NCBI GenBank assembly: GCA_965223325.1
Contig: CBDCWI010000002.1
Location: 320,001 to 384,000 of the forward strand
Length of the DNA: 64,000 nt
Source: Candidatus Multivoradales bacterium
GTDB taxonomy: Bacteria; Acidobacteriota; Thermoanaerobaculia; Multivoradales; Multivoraceae
Direction: 5' to 3'
The translations under genes were made by a program, and so were the position numbers. The notes below the pieces were generated by a model. That model ran no database searches, was not told the origin of the DNA, and saw only the letters and a list, made by a program, of their open reading frames with translations. Below are positions 1 to 9,623 of the stretch, in pieces (positions within the stretch are counted from its first letter, which is position 1; each line of letters opens with the position of its first letter).

Positions 1-684
1 CCGTAAGAGGGGATAGGTGGTCACCGGCAGTTCGATGAGATCCAGACGACCCGCGCTGGCCTCTGCTGGCTCCTCGAGCTTCCAGCGGTAGGGGCGATTG
101 GGCCTTCTACCGTCGCTCCAACGCCCGAAGAGCCGCGCGCGTTGTTCGCGCTCCGGACCCTCGAGGTTGGAGCTCGCCAGGTAGTAGCGCCGTGCGAGCG
201 GGCCGATCCAGGTCGGCAGCGTCGAGGCGTCGTAGAGCACGCCAGTCGCGCTGAGGTGCTCGAGAGTCGCGATCGAGAGGGAGTAGCCGGGGCCCCGGAA
301 ACCCCTGGCCTCCTTGCCGGTCACTGCCTCGATGGCCTCCCGGCTGCGATCGATCTCCGAGGCTAACTCTTCGCGGTCCATCAGGTGCAACCATGGGAGG
401 TGCGACCATGAGTGGTTGCCGATCTCGTGCCCGGCTGCTGAAATGGCCGCCATGGCGACACGCTTGGCGGCATCCTCGGTGTCGCGGCCGACGAGAAACC
501 AGGTGATCTCGAGACCTCGATCAGCGAGTACCCCGAGCACCCGGTCGACCACCAGCGGCAGGTAGGTCGCCGCAGACTCCCAGTCAGGGTCGCCGTGGGT
601 CCGCAGGTAGGTCCAACGGTCGTCGAGATCAAGCGACATCGACGCAAAGGGGCGGCCTTCGGAGGCAAAACGAGCGACGCTCAA
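1..684 (-). CDS. Polysaccharide deacetylase (NodB/CE4-like), 3' end truncated by window edge
   Basis: Not in the ORF track. Manual translation from TTG at 684 (overlapping the upstream stop) gives ...SLDLDDRW...ITWFLVG...GHEIGNHSWSH...GFRGPGYS...YDAS...IELPVTT, the typical CE4 motifs; open to base 1. Confidence 0.85.
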   Translation of the reverse strand, partial: MSVARFASEGRPFASMSLDLDDRWTYLRTHGDPDWESAATYLPLVVDRVLGVLADRGLEITWFLVGRDTEDAAKRVAMAAISAAGHEIGNHSWSHLPWLHLMDREELASEIDRSREAIEAVTGKEARGFRGPGYSLSIATLEHLSATGVLYDASTLPTWIGPLARRYYLASSNLEGPEREQRARLFGRWSDGRRPNRPYRWKLEEPAEASAGRLDLIELPVTTYPLLR

Positions 685-2042
685 TCCCCAGCACTCTCGA
701 GGTCAGAGAGGCATTCGGAAAGCACCTCTTCGGCAAGACCGAGAGTGGCGTCAACGAACAGCGTACCGTCTTGGATCTGTGCACTGGTCCCGAGGTAGAG
801 CCCGGGGATTCCACTCTGAACCGGCGGTACCGCTTGCGCGGCACCGACGATCGGGATGGTCACGACGCGACGGACCCGGGAAACCCTGGCCGCTACCAGG
901 TCGCCGGCGGCGAAGCTCGGTGTGATCCGACGAAGAGCGTTCACACCTTCTTCTATCAGGGTGTCGTCTGAGAGTTCGAAGTCGGCAGCATCGGGCGCAA
1001 CATAGCGCGGCAGATAGACCAGATGGTGGCCCCCGAAGGGTTCGGTTCCGACCAGCGCAGACATTTCGATGATGCCAGTGAACGGTATCTCGGGATCCGC
1101 GACGTTTGTGATGTAGTGGCCCGCCAGCGGACGCTCGAGCAAGAGCGAGGTACACACGACTCCCAGGTAGCGCGGTGCCATGAGCGCTCTGGCGACCGCG
1201 GAGGAGAGATCCGGACAGATCTCGGCGGCAAGTGGGGAAGCGAGCGCCAGGACGACACCATCGTAGGCCTTGGCCGTCCCAGGGCCCGCACTCGCAGTCG
1301 TCGCGCGGGCCTCGATGGTGAGGGGAGGACCGGGGTCCGGGGCAGTCTCGGATCGCCGCTGGCAGGCGAGAACCCGTTGGCCGGTTCGGATTTCGACCCC
1401 GTCTTTTCTGAGGGAGCGCTCGAAGGCTTCGATGATGGTTCGATAGCCGCCTTCGACCCAGCCAAAACGTTCACTACCATCCGCCCGCTTACGGGCATCG
1501 AGCAACCTGACCATAGTGGCCCACAAGAAGCGCGCCGAAGCCTCCCGCCAGGCATCACCGAGCTTGGCGGCGAGGAGAGGGGCCCAGACGGTCTCGAGCG
1601 CCTCGCGGCCACTCCAACTGCCGATCCAGGCGCCGACGGTGAGCTCGTCGAGGCGCTCTTGCCGAGCCAGGTGGGGTGCCAGGGCTAAAGTCGCGCCAAG
1701 TCGTAGACGTGAGATCAAGGACAGGGGCTTGAAGCGCAACAGGTCGATTGCACCGTCGAGTGCGTGCATCGAACCCTGGTGCCAGAAGCCGGTCGTCGTC
1801 CGACCCCAGCGCAGGCGATCGCTCAGACCGAGCTCGCTGACCAGGCCCAACAGACGCCGGTCGCTCTCGAGAATCACGTGGTAGTGGCGGTCCCATGCAA
1901 CCAACCCCAGCGTCCACGGCGCCGCCAGGCCACCGAGCTGCTCTTCTGCTTCGTAGAGGTCCACCAGAGCGCCGGCACGTGCAAGACGGCTTGCGACGCG
2001 CATTCCCAGGAAGCCGCCCCCGACGACTGCCCAGCGCTTCAT
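681..2042 (-). CDS. FAD-dependent oxidoreductase (amine oxidase/protoporphyrinogen oxidase-like fold)
   Basis: N-terminal Rossmann motif VVGGGFLG, then YEAEEQLGGLA and DRHYHVI; 4-bp overlaps with both neighbours. Confidence 0.85.
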   Translation of the reverse strand: MKRWAVVGGGFLGMRVASRLARAGALVDLYEAEEQLGGLAAPWTLGLVAWDRHYHVILESDRRLLGLVSELGLSDRLRWGRTTTGFWHQGSMHALDGAIDLLRFKPLSLISRLRLGATLALAPHLARQERLDELTVGAWIGSWSGREALETVWAPLLAAKLGDAWREASARFLWATMVRLLDARKRADGSERFGWVEGGYRTIIEAFERSLRKDGVEIRTGQRVLACQRRSETAPDPGPPLTIEARATTASAGPGTAKAYDGVVLALASPLAAEICPDLSSAVARALMAPRYLGVVCTSLLLERPLAGHYITNVADPEIPFTGIIEMSALVGTEPFGGHHLVYLPRYVAPDAADFELSDDTLIEEGVNALRRITPSFAAGDLVAARVSRVRRVVTIPIVGAAQAVPPVQSGIPGLYLGTSAQIQDGTLFVDATLGLAEEVLSECLSDLESAGD

Positions 2043-2716
2043 CGCGGCGGCGCTCGGTCGGCGTCGCCTGGAACCTCACGTGGTCTCACCTCGAGCTGAT
2101 GGTGCTCGAGGCTGAGGGCCGTCACCTCGTAGCCCAGGCCGCAGCGCTCGCATTTGAGCGCACGAGCGGTTCGAGCGTCGGCGGCCCAGCGTGCGACCAC
2201 TGCACCGCAACGGCAAACGAGCCCTTCGAGGCGGGCAGGATTGCCATGGACGAGCGCAAAGGCCGGGACCGAGCGCGTGACCACCGATCCCATCCCGACC
2301 AGCGCAAAACGGCCGATCGTAAGACCAGAGCCCACGACCGAACGCGCACCGATCGACGCTCCTTCGTACACCAGGGTGGTGCCGGTCTCTTCGTTGGCCT
2401 CTGAGGGAAGAAGCGCCGACAGATCAGGCCCCGTGGCTCGTGGACGATCGTCATTGGTAAAGATCACCCCGGCACCAATGAACACCCCGCGGCGTAGTTC
2501 GACGCCGGTACAGAGATAGACGAAGGCGTTGATCTTCACCAGGTCACCGACCTGGACCCCAGGACCGAGGTAGGTCTTTTCGCCGACAATGCAGTCTTCG
2601 CCCACTCTCGAACCCTGCCTGATATGGACGTTGTCCCAGATCGCGGTGCGCTCGCCGACCCTGACCTCGGGCTCGATCAGAGCGGTGGGGTGAACGCGAG
2701 CCGAGGCCGCGATCAT
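2039..2716 (-). CDS. Hexapeptide-repeat N-acetyltransferase (WbpD/WlbB-like)
   Basis: Left-handed beta-helix repeats, FTNDDRPRA, GNPAR, C-terminal CRCG...CERCG cysteine cluster as in WbpD-type enzymes. Confidence 0.85.
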   Translation of the reverse strand: MIAASARVHPTALIEPEVRVGERTAIWDNVHIRQGSRVGEDCIVGEKTYLGPGVQVGDLVKINAFVYLCTGVELRRGVFIGAGVIFTNDDRPRATGPDLSALLPSEANEETGTTLVYEGASIGARSVVGSGLTIGRFALVGMGSVVTRSVPAFALVHGNPARLEGLVCRCGAVVARWAADARTARALKCERCGLGYEVTALSLEHHQLEVRPREVPGDADRAPPR

Positions 2717-3795
2717 GCCAGGGGTCTCAGACCTCGCCTGGGGTCGTCTGATACCGCCGCAGTTGCCGGAGCAGTCGCCACGCTGTCGAGCACTCCGACC
2801 GATTGCCAGCTACCGCCGCTCTCCAGGCTGCGGTAACCGGCCTCGACGGCGAGCACCGAGAGCATGCTTTCGGTGAGCGTGATGCGCGGGTCCGCATGGC
2901 GCTGGGCGGCGAGACAGAAGTCTTCGAGCTGCGCGACGAAGGCGCCCAGCTTGTCGTAGCCCGAGCCGAACGAACGCCACGGGCCTTCGATGCCATCTGC
3001 GGCGGCGGCTCCCCGGGCACGAACCCGCGAGCCCTGCCAGCCGAGCTCGATCTCGCCGTACTGACCGCGAATCGACGCGTAGTGCGCCTGTTCTGTCCCG
3101 CCGTTCCACGATAGATCGATGCGACCACGCGCACCAGAGAGAAACTCGACTTCGAGCGCGACCTCTTCTTCAACCGCCAGGTTCTGCGCTCGCGGACCCT
3201 CGAGGGCACGCAAACGGGCGAGAGGGCCACCGAGGTTGCGCAAGAGGTCGAGGCTATGGGTTCCGTTGTCGATCAAGACTCCACCGCCGCTCAACTCGGG
3301 ACGGGCATTCCACCGCTCGCGCATGTCGACCTCGCCACGAAAGGCGTTCTCGACCCACTCGATCTCGCCCAGCTCGCCTTCGCGCACCATCTGGCGCGCG
3401 AGCTCGACGTCCCCAACGAAACGAAACTTCGAAGCCATCGTGAGAACACGACCCGAGGCCTCGGCAGCGCGCGCCATCGCCACCGCATCGAGGAGCGAAA
3501 CGGCCAGCGGCTTCTCACACAGCACGTCGAGGCCGCCATGCAGGCATTCGATCGCCAGCTCACGGTGCGTCGCGGGTGGTGTGGCGAGGATGGCAGCGTC
3601 GAGTTCGCCCCAGGGCAGGGCAGCGGTCGAGGGATAGAGCGCGCATCCGTATTCGCGCCTGGAAGCCTCGCGGGCGGCGGCGCTCGAGTCGACGATCGCG
3701 GCCAGAGAGCCAGCCTCGGTCTCAGCCAGCGCCTCGATCCAGGTCGCACCGATGCGGCCGGCACCAACCAACACAAAACGGCGCGCAGGGCTCAT
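2713..3795 (-). CDS. Gfo/Idh/MocA family oxidoreductase (WbpB-like nucleotide-sugar dehydrogenase)
   Basis: LVGAGRIG, ATPPATH, LCEKPLA, GGGVLIDNGTHSLD; start moved to ATG 3795, which overlaps the upstream stop (ATGA). Confidence 0.88.
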   Translation of the reverse strand: MSPARRFVLVGAGRIGATWIEALAETEAGSLAAIVDSSAAAREASRREYGCALYPSTAALPWGELDAAILATPPATHRELAIECLHGGLDVLCEKPLAVSLLDAVAMARAAEASGRVLTMASKFRFVGDVELARQMVREGELGEIEWVENAFRGEVDMRERWNARPELSGGGVLIDNGTHSLDLLRNLGGPLARLRALEGPRAQNLAVEEEVALEVEFLSGARGRIDLSWNGGTEQAHYASIRGQYGEIELGWQGSRVRARGAAAADGIEGPWRSFGSGYDKLGAFVAQLEDFCLAAQRHADPRITLTESMLSVLAVEAGYRSLESGGSWQSVGVLDSVATAPATAAVSDDPRRGLRPLA

Positions 3796-5027
3796 CGCGC
3801 TCCGCCTCGCAGTTCCGCGCAGGCCTGGATGATCTGGTCGGCGACGTAGTCGATGTGGTAGGTCTCGTAGCGCTCGTTGAGGGGCAGGACCAGCATGCGC
3901 TCGAGTGCCTCGTAGGTTCCGGGATAGCGCTCGGGTGCCCAGTCGATCGCCTCGGGCCGGGCCTCGGTGAACGGGAACCCGCTGTCGCCGAAGGTGCGAT
4001 GGTCGCGAAAGACCCGACACTCGAAAGCCGGTTTGCCGATGTAGTGCGGCGCCGACGGGATCTCGAGCTCGGCGAGCGCTAGAGCCAGGGCCGAAGGACC
4101 TCCCGGGAGGACCTCTGGATCGACCTCGAGCAGATAACGCCAGTAGACGTGCCGACCGTTCGCGGGAGGTTTCGGCGACAAGAGGCCCGGCACGCCAGAC
4201 AGCGCTGCAGTCAGACGCTCGGCGATCTCGATGCGTTTCGAGACCATGCCTTCGAGGCGCTCGAACTGGGCGAGCGCAACGGCACCTTGAAGCTCGGAAA
4301 GCCGCCCGTTGAGGGCCAGGAACTCGTGATCTGGCCTCGGGTCGCCGTACCCCCAGGCTTTGTTGACAAACAAGAACATGCGCCGGGCGTAGCTCTCGTC
4401 GCTGGTGATGGTGATGCCACCCTCACCACTGGTCAGGTGCTTGCCCTGCTGCATCGAGAAACAACCGATCACTCCGAGAGTGCCTAGCAAGGCACCCTCG
4501 GACTCGCCCAGCCAGGCCTGCGCACAGTCTTCGATGACCGGTATCCCGTGCGCAGAGGCGAGGTCGAGAATCGCTCTCATCTCGCACGGCATTCCGAAGA
4601 GGTGGGTCAAGACGATGCCGCGGGTGCGCTCGCTCAGCCGAGCAGCGATGGTCGCCGCGGTGATGTTGCCGGTGCGCGGATCGACGTCGGCGAAGGTCGG
4701 AATCGCTCCCTGATAGAGCACCGGCGACAGGGCTCCCATGTCGGTGATGGGGGAGACGATGATTTCGTCGCCGGGCTCTGGATCGAGCGCCACGATCGCC
4801 GCATGAATCGCGCTGGTGCCACTCGACGTCGCACGCGCCGTCGCACCGTAGTGCTCGCCGATGGCCTGTTCGAGGTCTTTGACAAAGCTACCTTTGGTGC
4901 TCGTGAGCGTGCCGGACGAAAGCACCTGCTGCAGGTACTCGAGCTCCGTCGCTCCGAACGAGCGACCGCTATCGTTCTGGTCCGACGGGAGCTCGACGAC
5001 GGAGGCGGTCGCCGGGTCAGTGGTCAT
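3792..5027 (-). CDS. DegT/DnrJ/EryC1/StrS PLP-dependent sugar aminotransferase (WbpE-like)
   Basis: SSGTSAIH, IEDCAQA, FSMQQGKHLTSGEGG (PLP lysine motif). Confidence 0.92.
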   Translation of the reverse strand: MTTDPATASVVELPSDQNDSGRSFGATELEYLQQVLSSGTLTSTKGSFVKDLEQAIGEHYGATARATSSGTSAIHAAIVALDPEPGDEIIVSPITDMGALSPVLYQGAIPTFADVDPRTGNITAATIAARLSERTRGIVLTHLFGMPCEMRAILDLASAHGIPVIEDCAQAWLGESEGALLGTLGVIGCFSMQQGKHLTSGEGGITITSDESYARRMFLFVNKAWGYGDPRPDHEFLALNGRLSELQGAVALAQFERLEGMVSKRIEIAERLTAALSGVPGLLSPKPPANGRHVYWRYLLEVDPEVLPGGPSALALALAELEIPSAPHYIGKPAFECRVFRDHRTFGDSGFPFTEARPEAIDWAPERYPGTYEALERMLVLPLNERYETYHIDYVADQIIQACAELRGGAR

Positions 5028-5118
5028 TCACGAAAGTTCCTATCTTGCGAAGCGTCTCTTCCCGATTGTGTCGCAGTTCGGAGGGATCTGGCGAGCCGGT
5101 CTGTCTGACTGGCACCGG

Positions 5119-6579
5119 CTAACTGGCGCCGGTTCCGCGCAGGACGGCGGGTACCGTCTTGAGCATGATCTCGAGGTCGAGGCCGAAAGACCATTGGTCG
5201 ATGTATTGGAGGTCCATTTCCATCCACTCCTCGAAGCCAATGTCATGCCGACCGTTGGCCTGCCAGATGCAAGTCAGGCCGGGCTTGACGCTGAATCGTC
5301 GCTTCTGCCAGCGCTCGTTGAAGCGATCGACGTCGCGAGCCGGCAGGGGCCTTGGACCCACCAGGCTCATGTCGCCAATCAAGACGTTCCACAGTTGCGG
5401 GAGCTCATCGAGCGAGAACTTACGCAGGAAGCGACCGACGCGGGTGACTCGTGGGTCGACGGCCATCTTGAACGCCGCGCCTTCGACCTCGTTCTGTGCC
5501 TCGAGGGCGGCGAGCTGTTGCTCGGCATCGACGACCATGGTGCGGAACTTGTAGATCCAGAAGGCCCGGCGGGCGAGTCCAATACGCTCCTGACGAAACA
5601 AGACCGGGCCACGCGAGTCGAGCCGGATGGCCACCGCGAGCGCCAAGAGAAGCGGGGCCAGGACAACCAGCGCCACGGCGGCCACCATGATGTCGAAGGC
5701 GCGTTTGATCACCAACCCACCGAGACTGGGCCTGGGAGTCTGGAGAGTCATGATGGGCGTTGCGTCGAGGTAATCGACATCAGCCCGCGCAACCTCGAGC
5801 CGGAAGAAGTCGGCAGGCATGCGCACCGGAATCCCGAGCTCTTCGGCGAGCGCCAGAATCGAGGCGATGCTCTCGTATTGCGACTTGACCGGCAGGGCGA
5901 CCAGGATCTCGTCGATCTGGTTGGCCTCGACGATGCGATCGAGCTCGTTGAGCGAACCGAGCAGGCGCTCACGCTGTCCGCTCTGCGGGTTGATGGGGGC
6001 AGGAATGTCATCGGCATAGCCCAACAGGCGGTAGCCGAGTTCGGGCCGACTCCGGATGCGCGCCCCGAGAGCGGCACCCCGCGGACCGCACCCGACCATC
6101 AGCAGTCGCCGGAGCTGGTTCTCGTTGCGCCCGCCGACCTCGCCGAGTGCCAGGCCGATCACCAGGCGGACGAGCAGCGTGCCGAGCAGGCTCACGCCGA
6201 AGAAGGTCAGCAGAAAGATCCGCGTCACTGCCCCGAACTCGAGGATCAAAGCGCCGGTCGCGAGCAGGGCAGTGGCAAAGGCCGCTGCTTTGGTCGCCGC
6301 GATCAGAGTACGTACCGGGTGGCGACGGCCGGGACCACGCTTGTAGAGGCCGAAGGCTTCGAGCGTGGTCGTCCACAGAGCTGCAAAGACGACGACGGTG
6401 AAGAGGTTACCGATACTGATACGGAGGGAGAGAAACGTGCTCAGGTCAGCTGTTCCGTGTACCAACCCTGCGCTGGCGAGCGCAAAGAAGAACGCGGCCA
6501 TGATGACCAGAACGTCGCCGAGTCGCGTCGCGCTGCGAAGCGCGGCTCTCGGCACCGGGCGAAAGACACCATCAGTCAT
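5119..6579 (-). CDS. Polyprenyl-phosphate glycosylphosphotransferase (priming sugar transferase, WcaJ/WbaP-like)
   Basis: N-terminal TM helices; KRAFDI, KFRTM, DPRVTRVGRFLRKFSLDELPQLWNVLIGDMSLVGPRP, KPGLT; start ATG 6579 overlaps the upstream gene end. Confidence 0.93.
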   Translation of the reverse strand: MTDGVFRPVPRAALRSATRLGDVLVIMAAFFFALASAGLVHGTADLSTFLSLRISIGNLFTVVVFAALWTTTLEAFGLYKRGPGRRHPVRTLIAATKAAAFATALLATGALILEFGAVTRIFLLTFFGVSLLGTLLVRLVIGLALGEVGGRNENQLRRLLMVGCGPRGAALGARIRSRPELGYRLLGYADDIPAPINPQSGQRERLLGSLNELDRIVEANQIDEILVALPVKSQYESIASILALAEELGIPVRMPADFFRLEVARADVDYLDATPIMTLQTPRPSLGGLVIKRAFDIMVAAVALVVLAPLLLALAVAIRLDSRGPVLFRQERIGLARRAFWIYKFRTMVVDAEQQLAALEAQNEVEGAAFKMAVDPRVTRVGRFLRKFSLDELPQLWNVLIGDMSLVGPRPLPARDVDRFNERWQKRRFSVKPGLTCIWQANGRHDIGFEEWMEMDLQYIDQWSFGLDLEIMLKTVPAVLRGTGAS

Positions 6580-7876
6580 GAGATGTGGATTCCTCGAGGC
6601 GAGCCATGATGTGTGACTCCGGGCCGGTGGCTGGCACCAGTCCCAGAGTCTCGTAGTAGAAACCCTCGGTTTCGAGGGCGACCTCGTTCCAATCTGGCAG
6701 CTCGGCAGCTCGCTCACCGGCAAGGCGAGAGAGCCGCTCTTGAAGTTCGTCGTCCTGGAACACACGAGCCAGAGACTCGCGCAGGGGAACGACCTCGCCG
6801 GGCGGGACGGTAATGGCCGCCTCGCCGACTGCTTCAAGGTTCTCCGGAATAGCAGACGCGATGATGCAGCAACGGTTGGCCAGAGCTTCGAGAAGCGAAA
6901 CCGACAGGCCTTCGATTGCCGAAGGAAGAATGAAGGAGCGGCAGTTCGCCATCAGCGCCGCGACGGCGCGGTGAGGAATCTGGCCGAGGAAACGCACGTG
7001 CTCGGTGGCTGCGCGACGCACGGCCTCCGAGTACTGCGGGTCGTAGGACGGATCACCGGCAATGACCAACTCGCGGCCGGGGCCGAGAAGGGGAGCAGCC
7101 GCTTGCACCATCTCGAGTACGTGCTTCTCGGGCGAAATGCGACCGACAAACAGGGCATAGCCGCGCGGCTCGAGACCGTCGGTGTCAAACATGACGAGCG
7201 ACTCGTCGTCGAGCCGCAAGCCCTCGGGAGGGTGAGGAGGGGCGTTGCGGATGCAACGCGCGCCGATGCCGTGGAGGTCCCGGTAGTGCGCCGAGAGGGT
7301 CTCGGAAACAACCGCGGTGCGGTTGGGCAGCTTGGCCGAGCTCCACTCACCAAAGCGCAGGAACTGGCGCGCGAACGGGCCCCATTTCGCCCGTCGCCAG
7401 TCGAGGCCACGAACAGACACAACCGTTCTGGCCCCGAAAAGGCGAGGCACGACCGACAACGGGGCGCTGCCAAGGGCATGGAATTGCACGATATCGAAAC
7501 CTCTGAAGACACAATCGAGCGTCGCCAGAAGACTGTGACTCAGGGTTTCGAGATGCTTGCTGCGAACCGCAGGCAGGCGCTTCACCTTGATTCCGCGGTG
7601 GCTGTCCACTGGCGGCGTGAAATGGTTCCGGCAGTAGGCCGTGACCTCATGTCCCCGAGCCGCCAGGCGCGCCCCAACTTCCTCGTAGTAGGTCTCGATG
7701 CCGCTGTAGGTCCCGATCACACCGCGCGCGCCGATCAGGGCGATTCGCAGCGGACGTCCCGGCCGTTCGACGGCTTCGACACGTGTTGAGGCGGAAAGGG
7801 TGGGCTCAGCGTGCAACGGCTGACCTTCCTGAGTGGAAAGCCAGTTGTGATCGCTGCTTGCTGATGTTCCTTGCAC
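6572..7876 (-). CDS. Glycosyltransferase family 4 (GT-B)
   Basis: YSGIETY, FVGRISPEK, EGLSVSLLEALA (EX7E); exact start uncertain. Confidence 0.9.
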   Translation of the reverse strand: MQGTSASSDHNWLSTQEGQPLHAEPTLSASTRVEAVERPGRPLRIALIGARGVIGTYSGIETYYEEVGARLAARGHEVTAYCRNHFTPPVDSHRGIKVKRLPAVRSKHLETLSHSLLATLDCVFRGFDIVQFHALGSAPLSVVPRLFGARTVVSVRGLDWRRAKWGPFARQFLRFGEWSSAKLPNRTAVVSETLSAHYRDLHGIGARCIRNAPPHPPEGLRLDDESLVMFDTDGLEPRGYALFVGRISPEKHVLEMVQAAAPLLGPGRELVIAGDPSYDPQYSEAVRRAATEHVRFLGQIPHRAVAALMANCRSFILPSAIEGLSVSLLEALANRCCIIASAIPENLEAVGEAAITVPPGEVVPLRESLARVFQDDELQERLSRLAGERAAELPDWNEVALETEGFYYETLGLVPATGPESHIMARLEESTSHD

Positions 7877-8466
7877 CGACGCTCACCAAGAACAGTCTGC
7901 AAGGGCCACGCCAGCCCTGGCAGGTACCGCTTCCTTGCCCTCCGTTCCGACGATCAAACGAGATTCCCAGGCTTTCTGGCGCAGGCAGGTGAAGCAAAAC
8001 TCGGAATTCAAGTTTTCAATCTTTGGATCGGGCAAAGGCATCTCTGAAGATGAGGGTCCTGCTTCGGTGCGACTCACCCCCAGTGGCGGACGTTCGCGCA
8101 CTGCGAGTGTTCCCGCACGGAACGCTGGGATCCGGGAGGAATACATATTGAGGGTCCACTAGACCCCTTTGAAATCTACTCTTTGAGCTCGCCGATGATA
8201 CCGCGGCCCACCGGTGAATGACAAGGATAGGCTTGACATCGAGCACCTCGAGCCAAGTCGGAATCAGACCGCACATCGCGAACTGGGCAGCCGCTCTTCG
8301 CTATACTGCCCGCGGATTTCTCTCCTCCTTCCTTCCCGTCCGGGTTCCAGCACGCTCTCCCACAACAATCGACCGAGAAGACCTTTCGATGTCTGAATCA
8401 CGAGGCCACCTTCGCGACGCACCGGAGAGTGCTCGCTCGACTCTGCGGCTTGCCCAGGCGATCTGA

Positions 8467-9006
8467 GTGACGACGGGGTCTCAGGGCATTGAACTCGAGG
8501 GCGATCTCGACGCCTCGGGGCTTCGTTTCGGAGTCGTTGCCAGCCGCTGGAATGCGGCGGTCGTCGACGACATGCTGGCGGCCACCATCGCCTTCCTCGC
8601 GCGGCGAGGAGCCACAGCCGAGGACCTCCAGGTGGTGCGGGTCCCAGGTGCCTGGGAAATCCCCGCAGCTCTCGCCTGGCTGAGCGAGGCTGAGCCACGC
8701 CCGGACGGTCTGATCGCGCTCGGAGCCGTGATCCGAGGCGGTACGCCACACTTCGACTACGTTTGTGAGGCGTGCACCCGGGGCTGCGAACAGGTGCAAG
8801 CCCAGTCGGGTTTGCCGGTCGGCTTTGGCATCCTGACCTGCGACGACCTCGGCCAGGCGCGGGCTCGCGCCGGTGGGCGAGAAGGCAACAAGGGCGAGGA
8901 AGCAGCAGAAGCCAGCCTGCGCATGGTGCGACTCAAGCGCCTCCTCGACGCAAGCAACCAGAAGGCCGCCAGCCGAAACCCGTCGGCGGCCCCGTCGGAG
9001 AGCTAG
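8467..9006 (+). CDS. ribH: 6,7-dimethyl-8-ribityllumazine synthase
   Basis: VVASRWN, VPGAWEIP, LGAVIRGGTPHFDYVC, GNKGEEAA; precedes nusB. Confidence 0.97.
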   Translation: MTTGSQGIELEGDLDASGLRFGVVASRWNAAVVDDMLAATIAFLARRGATAEDLQVVRVPGAWEIPAALAWLSEAEPRPDGLIALGAVIRGGTPHFDYVCEACTRGCEQVQAQSGLPVGFGILTCDDLGQARARAGGREGNKGEEAAEASLRMVRLKRLLDASNQKAASRNPSAAPSES

Positions 9007-9524
9007 TGGGAAGCGATCGTCATGACGGCCCACGTCGGCAGGCTCGAGAGCTCGCCTTGCAGTGGCTCTACGAACAGGATCTGGCAGGAGCCGGTGTCGA
9101 TGAGATTCTGGCCCACTGGGATCAGAGCGCTTCGAGCGTCTATCGCCAGGAAGATGATGGCGCCGATGGCGACAGTCAACCCAGGGTGAGCGGGCCTCCG
9201 CCGACTGGCCGGGCCCTTGCCTACGCACGTGAGCTGTTCATGGGTGCCCATGCGCGACGGGCAGCGATCGACGAGCGCATCGCGGCGCAGGCTGAGAACT
9301 GGCGGCTCGAGAGAATGGCGATGGTCGACCGCAATATCCTGCGCCTGGCGGTGTACGAACTCGAGCACCAGCGTGACATTCCCGCCGCCGTCATCCTCGA
9401 TGAGGCGATCGAGCTCGCCAAACGCTTCGGTGCCGAAGACTCGAGCAAGTTCGTCAATGGGATTCTCGACGCCATGGTCAAGAACCGCCGGAGAAGCGGT
9501 CCTGTTCAGAACACCGGCGAGTAG
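9006..9524 (+). CDS. nusB: Transcription antitermination factor NusB
   Basis: RRQARELALQWLY, WRLERMAMVDRNILRLA, ILDEAIELAKRFG, FVNGILD; GTG start overlaps the ribH stop. Confidence 0.96.
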   Translation: MGSDRHDGPRRQARELALQWLYEQDLAGAGVDEILAHWDQSASSVYRQEDDGADGDSQPRVSGPPPTGRALAYARELFMGAHARRAAIDERIAAQAENWRLERMAMVDRNILRLAVYELEHQRDIPAAVILDEAIELAKRFGAEDSSKFVNGILDAMVKNRRRSGPVQNTGE

Positions 9525-9623
9525 GATACAATTAGCATGTTGTGGATATAACCAAGCGTCGATATCTATCGGGCCCACGCCACGACACAGCCCCTCTCCG
9601 ACCCCAAGAGTCTTTCTGAACCG

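Noticed and set aside
4861-6609. 582-aa plus-strand ORF and similar long antisense ORFs (6740-7789, 23738-24628, 32507-33514, 54990-56078, 60728-61747)
   Set aside because: Shadows of well-supported minus-strand genes, expected in high-GC DNA; no motifs of their own
7877-8466. FMN riboswitch upstream of ribH
   Set aside because: No recognisable FMN aptamer core (e.g. GGGCAGGGTGAAATTCCCGACCG...GTCTGGATG) seen in the intergenic region
8389-8466. 25-aa ORF in frame with ribH, separated only by TGA (possible selenocysteine or readthrough)
   Set aside because: RibH homology begins after the TGA, the peptide is not recognisable, and no SECIS-like element is evident
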